A stretch of 64,000 bases of DNA from positions 3,698 to 67,697 of the forward strand of contig LBWB01000005.1 in NCBI GenBank assembly GCA_000993405.1. Direction: 5' to 3'. Positions 36,968-46,117 of this stretch are shown piece after piece. The DNA comes from Candidatus Woesebacteria bacterium GW2011_GWB1_39_12. Its GTDB lineage: Bacteria; Patescibacteriota; Microgenomatia; UBA8517. How positions within the stretch are numbered: position 1 is the first letter of the stretch; each line of letters starts with the position of its first letter. Under the pieces are notes generated by a model that saw nothing but the letters and a program-made list of their open reading frames with translations, was not told the origin of the DNA and searched no databases. The translations under genes were made by a program, and so were the position numbers.

Positions 36968-37351
36968 TTATATTTTTTGTTGGTTCTTCGCAGCTAATTT
37001 GGAATCAGTGACATTCCCAGTGTTTAGCGTTACTTTTGGCTCGATTAAGACTATGTGAACTTCTTCTTTTGCTTCGGGTTTATGCTCGATTGGGTGCGGA
37101 ATTATGACAAACTCGCCCTCGTTTATTTCCACATCTCTGTCTCTGAAGTGAATTGTCAACCGACCTTTAATCACCAAAAACAGCTCGTCTTCACTTTCGT
37201 GGTGATGCCAGACAAATTCTCCTTTGAGTTTTACTACCTGAACCTTATGGTCATTCAACTCACCAACGATTTTGGGATTCCAGTATTCCTTGAAAAGAGA
37301 CAGTTTATCGGCGATATTGACTACTTTTACGGTATCACTGATGTTTTTCAT
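36968..37351 (-). CDS. Cupin (mannose-6-phosphate-isomerase-like)
   Basis: WNPKIVGELN..KLKGEFVWHHHESEDELF..EHKP. Confidence 0.9.
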   Translation of the reverse strand: MKNISDTVKVVNIADKLSLFKEYWNPKIVGELNDHKVQVVKLKGEFVWHHHESEDELFLVIKGRLTIHFRDRDVEINEGEFVIIPHPIEHKPEAKEEVHIVLIEPKVTLNTGNVTDSKLAAKNQQKI

Positions 37352-37391
37352 ATCTTGTTTATTATAACAAAATTAGCCGATTTGTTCTTTC

Positions 37392-37760
37392 TCAAAGTTT
37401 GTATCTCGGATCCAACAAAGTGCAAATTGCCAGAAATACGAGCAAATATAAAATGCCGCCAATAACTAACTTTTCTAAAAAAGATACCTGCCTTCTTCTT
37501 ATTATCTTGGGTATAGCGATTAATAGAAAAGCCTCGATGACAAACGAAAGACCGCCAAGACCATAATAAAAAATTATCTGGAGTGGTTTAGATAGAAACG
37601 AAATGTCTTCTTTTACATCACCGAAAAGATCAAGTGGTGTAGAGATCTTCAAAATGTCTTGGGTTATATCCTTCAGAAAGTGGACAAGAATGAAAATATA
37701 CAGGAACGGAAGAAGTAGTCTCCAGATGTTAAAGACTGATTTGATCTGTTTAATTTTCAT
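37392..37760 (-). CDS. Hypothetical membrane protein
   Basis: Three hydrophobic segments; HFLKDITQDIL. Confidence 0.65.
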   Translation of the reverse strand: MKIKQIKSVFNIWRLLLPFLYIFILVHFLKDITQDILKISTPLDLFGDVKEDISFLSKPLQIIFYYGLGGLSFVIEAFLLIAIPKIIRRRQVSFLEKLVIGGILYLLVFLAICTLLDPRYKL

Positions 37761-37779
37761 AATTTCAATCCCAAAGCTC

Positions 37780-38064
37780 CTATGGCAATATGGTTGCTAA
37801 AAACCAAAGTGGTAAGGAAAACACAACCAAAGCACCCAATAAGCCAAGTCTATCTCTTTTCAAAACCACCAACGACCCCACAATACCCAGAAGGTCTAAA
37901 GGATAGGTTACATAATTACAGTATGGCTTGCACCACAGATGAGGTCTATGGAGAATGTTGGTAAATGAACTGTGTAACCCAAAAACTTGTAGAGTATCCC
38001 TGATTAGGTGATAAACCGAAGCAAGAAAAATAACAATAAATACCAATTTCAAGAATTTGCTCAT
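37780..38064 (-). CDS. Hypothetical membrane protein, distantly similar to its neighbour
   Basis: YHLIRDTLQVFG; WCKPYC. Confidence 0.65.
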   Translation of the reverse strand: MSKFLKLVFIVIFLASVYHLIRDTLQVFGLHSSFTNILHRPHLWCKPYCNYVTYPLDLLGIVGSLVVLKRDRLGLLGALVVFSLPLWFLATILP

Positions 38065-38534
38065 AGGATAAACCAGCGAGAAACTTGCTGTGTATACCTG
38101 ACATAGTCCTCCCCATACCTCGCTTTTAATATGGGTTCTTCAACTCTAATCAGGTAAATATGAAGTCCTACCGCCCCGATAAGAAATAACCCCAACAACA
38201 TTATGTGCCCAAGAGAAAGAAACAAGCCCAAGTATATAAGCGCATGAGCTACATAAATCGGATTCCTTGTGAATTTATACACGCCTTTAATCACCAACTT
38301 TTTAGGAGGTTCTGTCAGCATAGGAGTCCCTCTACCGTGGAGCTTAAATGTTAAACTCGCAATTAAAGCAAGTAATACGCCACCTACGGTAAGCACGTAG
38401 CCCAGCGATTTCAGAACTCCAAAGTCAATTTGGGGTAAGTTAAGCGCAGTATTTATATAAGCAAAACTCAGTGGAAGAAGCACCCATAACAGTAGAATAG
38501 CGAACAAACCAAATAAAAAGGATTTGAACTTCAT
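38061..38534 (-). CDS. Isoprenylcysteine/phospholipid methyltransferase family membrane protein
   Basis: GRGTP..LVIKGVYKFTRNPIY..EEPILKARYGEDY..W. Confidence 0.88.
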   Translation of the reverse strand: MKFKSFLFGLFAILLLWVLLPLSFAYINTALNLPQIDFGVLKSLGYVLTVGGVLLALIASLTFKLHGRGTPMLTEPPKKLVIKGVYKFTRNPIYVAHALIYLGLFLSLGHIMLLGLFLIGAVGLHIYLIRVEEPILKARYGEDYVRYTQQVSRWFIL

Positions 38535-38588
38535 CTTAGCAACAAGTATACCTCTTCCTACTGAAAAATTGTATAATTAAGTTGAGTT

Positions 38589-38777
38589 ATGCCGAAGAAA
38601 AACACGACTTTACCAAAATTGTTAACTATCCGCCAAGCAGCGGAGATTTTGAATGTCCATGTGGAGACACTGAGACGATGGGATAAAAGCGGAAAGTTGA
38701 AGGCTACCCGAATCAACGAGCGTGGTGATAGGCGCTATGACCCAAGAGATATCGAAAAAATCTTAAATAACAAATAA
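38589..38777 (+). CDS. MerR/excisionase-like helix-turn-helix protein
   Basis: LLTIRQAAEILNVHVETLRRWDKSGKL..GDRRY; TATAAT upstream. Confidence 0.85.
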   Translation: MPKKNTTLPKLLTIRQAAEILNVHVETLRRWDKSGKLKATRINERGDRRYDPRDIEKILNNK

Positions 38778-38781
38778 ATCT

Positions 38782-41700
38782 ATGAGCGACCTTCTTGGAG
38801 GAAAATTAGATAATTCAGAGATTAAAAAGGAGATCGGCAAATCCTCCTTCTCTACTGGGTATAAACCATCCAGTCAACTAATCAATGATACTCTTGAACA
38901 ACTTTGGTTTCATGATTTTTACAATAGTTTTATATCCGACGAGGTTTATCTTAGCTACCTACTTAGTTACCTGAATCAAATTAAGCCTCGCAAATTTGAC
39001 CGATATGAGTTCTATAAATATTTCTTTGATCAAATTGAGAAAAAACTAAGTGCAAGGAAAATCCTACAGCAAATTGCACTCACATTTGAAAAGCTACAAA
39101 GCGATGCTATCCCCCCAGAGGAATACAATTCCCTCTTACAACAGGTAAATGCTCCGACAGACACATTTAGTGCCTCCTGGATGGACACATGCCATTTAGG
39201 AAAAGTTAAAAAAAGAGACGAGAAGAAATTATTTATTTGGGAGCATCATACCCTTACTGAGTTTTTAGTCGCCGAATATTTACTTGAAGGCGAGGATGTC
39301 TTAGGAGAATTTCAAAAACTGGCAATTCTAAAGCAAGAAGGCATAACTGCTTTTAAGCCGTCATGGTCTGGTGTTTTGCGCTTCCTTATTGAATCTAAAA
39401 AAGGCTTAGAAGTCAGCGCCTGGCTGATCAGTTTCTTAGAAAAACATCCAGATGACCTTGATGATAATCTAGCAGAACTTCTCGTTTACGAGCTGGCAAA
39501 CCAAACTTCAAAGATCAAGAAAAGAGTTTTTAATCTTGTTTACAACTCTTATTTTGAAAAAGTTACCTGGATACCTGTTAGGGCAAGAGTTCGCTTATCT
39601 AAATTTGTCGATAAACAATCATATAAAAGGCTAAAAACCGATATTAAAGTTTGGGCAAACAAGACTGAAACTTTTGTGCGGAGGGGTAATGTTGTCTCAA
39701 TAATAGAAGGTATATTAAAGGACAAAAATAAAATCGTCGATGCTACAGAGAAAAAATTCTGGCTCACAAAACTAGTAGAGTTTGCTAATAATCCCAACGA
39801 TGACGGCAATGGTGTTCTCCAAAGACACAGCTTGGGAGCATTAGCACAATTTGAAGACGAGAGCATAATCTCTAAGGTCTCGCAGAAATGTTTCGAGGAA
39901 ACACGAGACTCGTTGGTAAGAAATGAATTTATACAGTTTTGTATTGACACGAATCCTAACTCTAAAGAAGCTATCGATTACTTTGTAAAAGACATCTCTA
40001 GTATTTACTCCCGCCACGGGCTTTACAGGATTACAACCCAAGAAGCAATTGAGTATTTACTATCCAAAATCGCCGAAGACACCAGTTTTCTTAGGGAGTT
40101 TTTAGATAAGGAAAGTGTTTTCGACAAAGACGGTAGTGACAGGCGGCTTCTTAAAAATATTAAAAAGCGCATCAATACTAAGGTGATCCAATTATTAAAA
40201 AAGATTATTTTTACGGTTCTTCGTATCACTGATTATTATCATGAAGGGCAATCTAGTCTTCTGCGTCAAATAATTCAGCTAATCAACGAGCATGATCCAC
40301 GCTATCTCTTTGAGATCTTGACAGATATAAAAAGTGAAAAGGATGAACAAAAAATAGACAGGCTTTTCTGGGATTCAAGAGATTTATTGGCATTGTTGCT
40401 AACCAAAGACAATGTCAAAGAATATTTCGATTTTTTGAAAGATTTTCCAGATAGAACAAAGAGGGATACTCAATTTGTCGTATATAGCGCAAAACGATTG
40501 AACGGAGAAATCGGAGAAGCGACTTATCAAGAAGCAGTGAAACTAAAATTGGTTGAAAAAGTTGATGAAAGAAGCTCGAAAAAATACTTCGAAAAACAAG
40601 AGAGGCAAAGAAAACAGAAGGTCTACACGAATTTTCTTCATCAGCTTGAGCCAGAACCAGGCAAATTTCAGACTGGCGTCTTTGAATATTTTATTCAAAA
40701 CAAGGAAGAGATTCAGAAACAATGGAAAAAGAAAGATAAGCAAAAACTGCTGAAACTGGCAGTTAAAGTTTGCCTTCAAAAAATTAATCCTCGTCAATTT
40801 CGAGTAACTTTAGCAAATAAGGGCGAAGGGAATAACCAGTTTACATGGAGCACACCCGCTTCCTATTACGGAGACCTGCTCAATGCGGTTAAAGAATTAG
40901 CACCAGAAGAAATCAAAAAGCATAGACAGAATATTATTGACTTTATTCCCTACGAGTTTGATACCTCAGCTACTTTAGATTTTATAGAACAAGTAAACGA
41001 TACTGACCTTGCCTGGGTAAATCAGGTCATGAGTGATCAAAACGACCACCGTCGTTATCTTATACCACAAACTTATATTTATCTGGTAGGAGAGTATGCA
41101 AAACGCCGTTGTAAATTGGATACCGTAAAACCAATTCTGAAATCATTTATAACCGATCCCGATATTCGGGACTATACCCGCCGTTCAGCTTTAGAAAATT
41201 TAGCTCATTTCATAGACAGCTCAGATAAAGTGACTAAGAAGTTCCTCAAGGATATTTTTACAAAATCAAGTGACCAAGAGCTCGTCGAGATTGCTAATGG
41301 CTTGTTAATAACTGTATATGAAGACGAGAAAGCCATTAATTGGCGTTTTGAAAAGCTAAAAAAACCGCTGGAATTTAACAGAGAGGATGTCGAAGGTCAA
41401 GCTCATTCGGTTGGGGCAGTAGAAGAAGAACTCATGAGAATGTCGTCAGCAAAACCATTAATGGACTTGCGTGACGAAAAGTATTTACCCAAATTTTTGG
41501 ATTTACTTGACTACTCATTTAAGTTTACTGAAAAAAAAGATAACAAAAAGTATTGGGAATATGTCAACTATCTCTGGCGAACAGTTACAGAATTCGTAGA
41601 CAAATTAAAAGAAAAGGGGTCATTTATACCCCTTATGGAACTAGAAAACTGGGTTGAGGAACACTCTCAATATGAGAACATTAACTGGTTTGAGGCACGA

Positions 41701-42186
41701 ATAAAGGAAATCAAGAGAAATTATCTCAACCTTGTTCATCCTTTCGATAAACTTGTGGACGGCGTGGAGGAACTCAACAAGATTGGTGTGCCTGCCGCAT
41801 CAATAGCTTATTTTCTATTCAAAGCACAATTAGTAGAGTCAAGATTGCGAGATCTTATTTTGGGAATAAATTACTTCCTTGAAAAGGCAAATAACAAATT
41901 GCCAATCTACAGGAAACTGAATCACGAAAATAAAAAAAGACTTAAAAATTCAACATTAAGCCAATTGTGTGACGAGCTGAACTGTTACCAAAGCCAACTG
42001 GTTGAGAAGTTAAAGAATAAGCTAAGTCAATTTTCTACCGAAAGGAATAAATTTAATCACGAACTATATAATCAGAACAAAGATATTCGTGACCTAAGTG
42101 AAGAAGCTAAAAAATACACAAAATTTGCTGAAGAAAGCCTAGATTTAATACACTCAGTTTGGGAAGAAATTTTGACTATCAGGTAA
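38782..42186 (+). CDS. 1134-aa helical protein with NACHT-like winged-helix motif and C-terminal HEPN-like domain (putative defence protein)
   Basis: FIWEHHTLTEFLVAEYL; long HEAT-like helical body; C-terminal ERNKFNH (R-x4-H); no Walker A seen. Confidence 0.55.
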   Translation: MSDLLGGKLDNSEIKKEIGKSSFSTGYKPSSQLINDTLEQLWFHDFYNSFISDEVYLSYLLSYLNQIKPRKFDRYEFYKYFFDQIEKKLSARKILQQIALTFEKLQSDAIPPEEYNSLLQQVNAPTDTFSASWMDTCHLGKVKKRDEKKLFIWEHHTLTEFLVAEYLLEGEDVLGEFQKLAILKQEGITAFKPSWSGVLRFLIESKKGLEVSAWLISFLEKHPDDLDDNLAELLVYELANQTSKIKKRVFNLVYNSYFEKVTWIPVRARVRLSKFVDKQSYKRLKTDIKVWANKTETFVRRGNVVSIIEGILKDKNKIVDATEKKFWLTKLVEFANNPNDDGNGVLQRHSLGALAQFEDESIISKVSQKCFEETRDSLVRNEFIQFCIDTNPNSKEAIDYFVKDISSIYSRHGLYRITTQEAIEYLLSKIAEDTSFLREFLDKESVFDKDGSDRRLLKNIKKRINTKVIQLLKKIIFTVLRITDYYHEGQSSLLRQIIQLINEHDPRYLFEILTDIKSEKDEQKIDRLFWDSRDLLALLLTKDNVKEYFDFLKDFPDRTKRDTQFVVYSAKRLNGEIGEATYQEAVKLKLVEKVDERSSKKYFEKQERQRKQKVYTNFLHQLEPEPGKFQTGVFEYFIQNKEEIQKQWKKKDKQKLLKLAVKVCLQKINPRQFRVTLANKGEGNNQFTWSTPASYYGDLLNAVKELAPEEIKKHRQNIIDFIPYEFDTSATLDFIEQVNDTDLAWVNQVMSDQNDHRRYLIPQTYIYLVGEYAKRRCKLDTVKPILKSFITDPDIRDYTRRSALENLAHFIDSSDKVTKKFLKDIFTKSSDQELVEIANGLLITVYEDEKAINWRFEKLKKPLEFNREDVEGQAHSVGAVEEELMRMSSAKPLMDLRDEKYLPKFLDLLDYSFKFTEKKDNKKYWEYVNYLWRTVTEFVDKLKEKGSFIPLMELENWVEEHSQYENINWFEARIKEIKRNYLNLVHPFDKLVDGVEELNKIGVPAASIAYFLFKAQLVESRLRDLILGINYFLEKANNKLPIYRKLNHENKKRLKNSTLSQLCDELNCYQSQLVEKLKNKLSQFSTERNKFNHELYNQNKDIRDLSEEAKKYTKFAEESLDLIHSVWEEILTIR

Positions 42187-42483
42187 GAAATAAACAATGT
42201 TGACTTATTGACCAGCGCGTTAGCCCCCGTGTTGACTTTGTAGGCGCTTTCGTGCTTGAAGTGGCATCTGATTACCTTATGTTAGCTTCAGAAGCCTCGT
42301 TGGGGATTTGTTGCAGGAGTCTGCAGTAGTTCTGGGAGGACTCCTTAACCTCCATACTTGATTGGGCTAGCCTGGAGAGTTTCCTGGTAAAACCAGTATA
42401 TTTCTAGCGTCAGAACCAATAAGTAATTTAACTCAATAACAATAAAAATTCAACTTCACTTGATATTTCTCTCTTTTCTATTG

Positions 42484-43257
42484 TTACTTCGGCGCTTGTC
42501 CGTTCAGCTCGTTTGAATAGACGATCACTTGCCCTCCGTTAGTGATGGTTAAGCTCAGGCTTCCGCCTGTGCTGTTTCGCCATCCGAAGAAGTAGTTGAT
42601 CTTGCTGCCTCCGCCGTCCTTTATGTTCGTCATTTCAGGATCGAGTTTTAGGCTTGTCAGGTCTACTCCGAGGATATTTTTATGATCTTCGATAAACTTC
42701 TCGGCTACCTTCTGGGCTTGCGCCTGAGTGTAGCGGGGAGTGTAGTCGTATTCCGCTTGCGGATCAAACCAACGACTGCCATCTGAGTTCGTTCCCCATC
42801 TGCTACCTTCCCATGCTTCTGCCCTCACTGAGACGATGTAATTCGTCTTTGGGTCTATCGTGAAGCCTCCAAGCTTGGCATTATAATGCTCGTTCTTGGG
42901 ATTGTTATAATCGGTGCCTTCAAAGGTGCTGCAGATAAAATCCACAGCAACTGACTTATCACCAAGAAACTCTTTGATATTGGCGACTGCCTTTGCCCTC
43001 TGGTCTTCTGGTCGGGCTGTCAGTTGGCAGTATTCTTTGTAGGCATCTTTATGCGCCTGGCTCTCAGCATTCTTATTTGTGTTCATCGCCTCTACTAACT
43101 GGGCGATTCTCGTCGCTTTGGCATCAGTTGACAATGTCGGGGCAACTTTTGATTGATTTATTAAACGAGGGATTAGGATGATAACCAGAAGCGCAACTAC
43201 TGCTAAAAGTAAAATAGCGGGAAGAAAACGAGATTTATTTTTATTTGTCATATTCAT
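42484..43257 (-). CDS. Secreted/membrane-anchored hypothetical protein
   Basis: N-terminal TM; GAGGAGGTGA SD; TTGACA-18-TAACAT upstream. Confidence 0.7.
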   Translation of the reverse strand: MNMTNKNKSRFLPAILLLAVVALLVIILIPRLINQSKVAPTLSTDAKATRIAQLVEAMNTNKNAESQAHKDAYKEYCQLTARPEDQRAKAVANIKEFLGDKSVAVDFICSTFEGTDYNNPKNEHYNAKLGGFTIDPKTNYIVSVRAEAWEGSRWGTNSDGSRWFDPQAEYDYTPRYTQAQAQKVAEKFIEDHKNILGVDLTSLKLDPEMTNIKDGGGSKINYFFGWRNSTGGSLSLTITNGGQVIVYSNELNGQAPK

Positions 43258-43343
43258 TTTTCACCTCCTCTCGGGTATAAATTGATAATTTAGCCTTGAG
43301 TGTTGCATGTTAACTTCGCTTAAGGGAGATTGTCAAATCAAAC

Positions 43344-43476
43344 AAAAAGCTCCCCCCAGCGATGGCTTGCGCCACCTGCCACCCTTTCGGATGACAGCCT
43401 CGACAGCGCTCTAGGGAGAGCTTGTTGCTGTCGAGGACTTCTTCATGCCATGCCCCTTGCGGAGTTTAGGCAATGT
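43344..43476 (-). ncRNA. Putative structured RNA/attenuator (C4-antisense-like architecture)
   Basis: TGtTACAAT promoter at 43483-43488; GAAA- and GCAA-capped hairpins inside a closing stem ending in a U-run; internal CTGTCGAGG complementary to upstream CCTCGACAG. Confidence 0.55.
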
Positions 43477-43526
43477 GCTTATATTGTAACAATTTTAGGC
43501 TAATTTTTATATAATGATCATATCCA

Positions 43527-44252
43527 TTGATACTGTCCTATAAATGGAAAATGACAATGAAAATGAATATTGCAAAACAACAAGCTATAGCAAAAATCTG
43601 GTTAGTGCTACAAGAAATCCAAGAAAAAGTGGAGCTTACAAACGATGTGGATGCAGCGATCAATTTACCAGTAATCCCAACAAAACAATATTACAGGGAG
43701 TTTAGGAAAATATTCGGGGAGGAAGTCGATGACGAATATATTTGCCAGGAGAGGGTCGGAATCTTAAACGGTCTAGAGAAAAGAGACTTAATCATGTGGG
43801 AGGACGAATTCCCAGGAATGATACGCTTCACAACTACCCATTTATATGACGATTATTACAAGGAAATCGAGAAGCAATACACACAGATCGATTCAACTGT
43901 AAGTGAGCAACAAAATATTCTTCAATGGCAGGAACTTAAATTGGATCTCTCAAAAGGAACTCTGCAATATAAAAATAGCCCACCCATAGATGTATCTCCA
44001 AGCGAAGAAGAGATTATGTTTTTAGCGGTCCTGATGAGAGCCAAGAGAATAGTTGAGTATGTCGAGATTGCAAGAGAACTAAAAATGAACTGTTATCACC
44101 AAGGAGTGACCAACGAAGATCTCGCAAGAAATGTGCAGTATCTAAGGCGGGATATTGTGCCAGTTTTAGAAAAAATAGGCATGCCCCGAAGTGAAATAAA
44201 GAGAATGATTGTCTCAATCAGAAACAAGGGTTACAAACTCCGCACAAAATAG
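43527..44252 (+). CDS. Hypothetical protein with C-terminal OmpR-like winged-helix domain (start uncertain)
   Basis: LKLDLSKGTL..FLAVLM..VEYVEIA..VQYLRR..IVSIRNKGYKL. Confidence 0.65.
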   Translation: MILSYKWKMTMKMNIAKQQAIAKIWLVLQEIQEKVELTNDVDAAINLPVIPTKQYYREFRKIFGEEVDDEYICQERVGILNGLEKRDLIMWEDEFPGMIRFTTTHLYDDYYKEIEKQYTQIDSTVSEQQNILQWQELKLDLSKGTLQYKNSPPIDVSPSEEEIMFLAVLMRAKRIVEYVEIARELKMNCYHQGVTNEDLARNVQYLRRDIVPVLEKIGMPRSEIKRMIVSIRNKGYKLRTK

Positions 44253-44371
44253 TCGTCTCCCAACCCGCAAAACTCCTCGTAAGATCGTAAATTCTTCCTA
44301 GACAAGCCCGTGGCAACTTGCTACTGATTCCCCAAGAATATGGGTAGCTATCAATTTTGATAACTATCACT

Positions 44372-44623
44372 ATGACGCAGCAAGAACTAAACAACGATTA
44401 CTATTCAACCAACGACCTTTCTTTGGCTACCACCCTCTCCCTTTGGTGTCCTATTGAAGATATTGACCGTTCTAATCCCCGCAAGGCATTTTTTATCTTC
44501 CGAAAAACTTCTGAACTGGAAAAGCTAATTGACCAGTATTTCCGAAACGAAATCAAGATTTCACCGCAAGTTTATTTCAACCAGTTGCGGGTTATTAAAG
44601 CTCGGCTCTATGCCAACGAATAA
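44372..44623 (+). CDS. DUF5659-like small protein of CPR mobile elements
   Basis: YSTNDLSLATTL..IDRSNPRKAFFIF..ISPQVYFNQLRVIKARLY. Confidence 0.7.
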   Translation: MTQQELNNDYYSTNDLSLATTLSLWCPIEDIDRSNPRKAFFIFRKTSELEKLIDQYFRNEIKISPQVYFNQLRVIKARLYANE

Positions 44624-44779
44624 CTATGATAAGCAGAAACCTATTATTAGAACTAAAACAAATTTTAGAAGAAGATTTCAACTTAAAGTTAAGTTTGGAG
44701 CAAGTGATGGAAATAGGCACGATTTTATTGGCATATGTCGAAACTTTATTAAAAATCGAATCAGCTAGTAAAGGAGGGG

Positions 44780-45025
44780 TTGAACATGCTTGATAAAGAT
44801 ATAGAAAAACTAAATTCACAAACAGTCAACAAAGACGACCATATCATAGTTGCAGTTCGAAGACTATATATTCAAGAGTTTGTAGAGGCTAACTATGGGA
44901 GGGAGCTAACTGAGGCAGAGTTGGAAGAATTAACCTGGTTAGTTTGGGAAAACGATTGGGAGTTAATGCAGTGGCTCGACAAGGCAATAAGGCAAATTAT
45001 CGAGGAGGCAAAACAGAAAAAGTAA
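44780..45025 (+). CDS. Hypothetical protein
   Basis: AAGGAGG SD before the TTG/ATG start; operonic position. Confidence 0.6.
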   Translation: MNMLDKDIEKLNSQTVNKDDHIIVAVRRLYIQEFVEANYGRELTEAELEELTWLVWENDWELMQWLDKAIRQIIEEAKQKK

Positions 45026-45040
45026 AAAATAAGAATAACT

Positions 45041-45394
45041 ATGACAATCACTATTAACGACATAACAGCCAAAATCAAATTATTAAAATCAGAAACCATT
45101 CTTGCTCAGGCAACGCTTGTCCTCTTCGATGTTTGGAAAGAGCATGGCTGGAAAGTTTTGAGGTCAGATAGACTGCACCCAAAGTTCCAAGAGCCGATCT
45201 GGTTTCAAGCTCCTAGTTATAAATTTTTAGGCAAGTGGAACGAGATTGTTTTTATAGACAACAGCAAGTTGTTTGATGAAGTCATCGAAAAAATATATGA
45301 CGCTTATTGCCTCGCTAGGAGTAAAAACCCTAACCAGGGCAAGGAGGACGAAATCGTAACTGAGGAGGTAAATATAGATGACATTAACTTATAA
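45041..45394 (+). CDS. Hypothetical protein, SpoVG/SSB-like features
   Basis: LAQATLVL..GWKV..WFQAPSY; acidic tail EEVNIDDINL. Confidence 0.55.
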   Translation: MTITINDITAKIKLLKSETILAQATLVLFDVWKEHGWKVLRSDRLHPKFQEPIWFQAPSYKFLGKWNEIVFIDNSKLFDEVIEKIYDAYCLARSKNPNQGKEDEIVTEEVNIDDINL

Positions 45395-45498
45395 AACCAA
45401 TAGTAACTATATAGGGACTTATAAAGGGATTTTTACAGTAACAGTTTTTCCCTTTAAGAGGAAATGTATTTATATAAGTTACTATAACTAATTTAACT

Positions 45499-46071
45499 AT
45501 GAATATCGTTACATCAAAAATACCAGGAGAACGAGCAAAACAATACGCCGCTTGGCTTCTGTATTGTGAAGTTGGAAGCCTCGAAAAAACGCTCAAAGTG
45601 TGGGAAAGAATTCAAGGACAGAATGATACCGAAATGATACCAATTTTGGGAGTTTACATGGGTAAACCTGTTGGTCTGGCAACCCTCAAGCGTTGGTCTA
45701 GCCGCTACAACTGGAAAGAGCGGACTGAGCTGAAAAACACCGAAGATCTGGAAGATATGAGATTTCAATTTAAGAAAATAAAACAAACGAGAGCGTATAA
45801 AATTGCCATTTTATTAGACAGGGTTCTTGACAGATTGAGTCGGCAGCTGGATCAAGGAATGTATGTCAGCACAAGAGATCTTTATACCCTTTGGAAGATG
45901 CACCGAGTCGAAGAAGGATTGAGTATCGGAAACTACCAGGTTATTACTTATCAGCAACCACCCGCAGAACCAAAAAGTCCTGAAGAAATAGAACTAGATA
46001 AGCAAATAGAAGAAGCGGTTGATCAATTCCATAAAAATAAACATAAGGATGATCAGCCTACCATTACTTGA
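45499..46071 (+). CDS. HTH protein resembling phage terminase small subunits
   Basis: GERAKQYAAWLLY..SLEK..TLKRWSSRYNWKER. Confidence 0.55.
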   Translation: MNIVTSKIPGERAKQYAAWLLYCEVGSLEKTLKVWERIQGQNDTEMIPILGVYMGKPVGLATLKRWSSRYNWKERTELKNTEDLEDMRFQFKKIKQTRAYKIAILLDRVLDRLSRQLDQGMYVSTRDLYTLWKMHRVEEGLSIGNYQVITYQQPPAEPKSPEEIELDKQIEEAVDQFHKNKHKDDQPTIT

Positions 46072-46117
46072 TATTGCCAAACAATTTGTTTATGTTCTGT
46101 GTTGAACAAAAATTATT

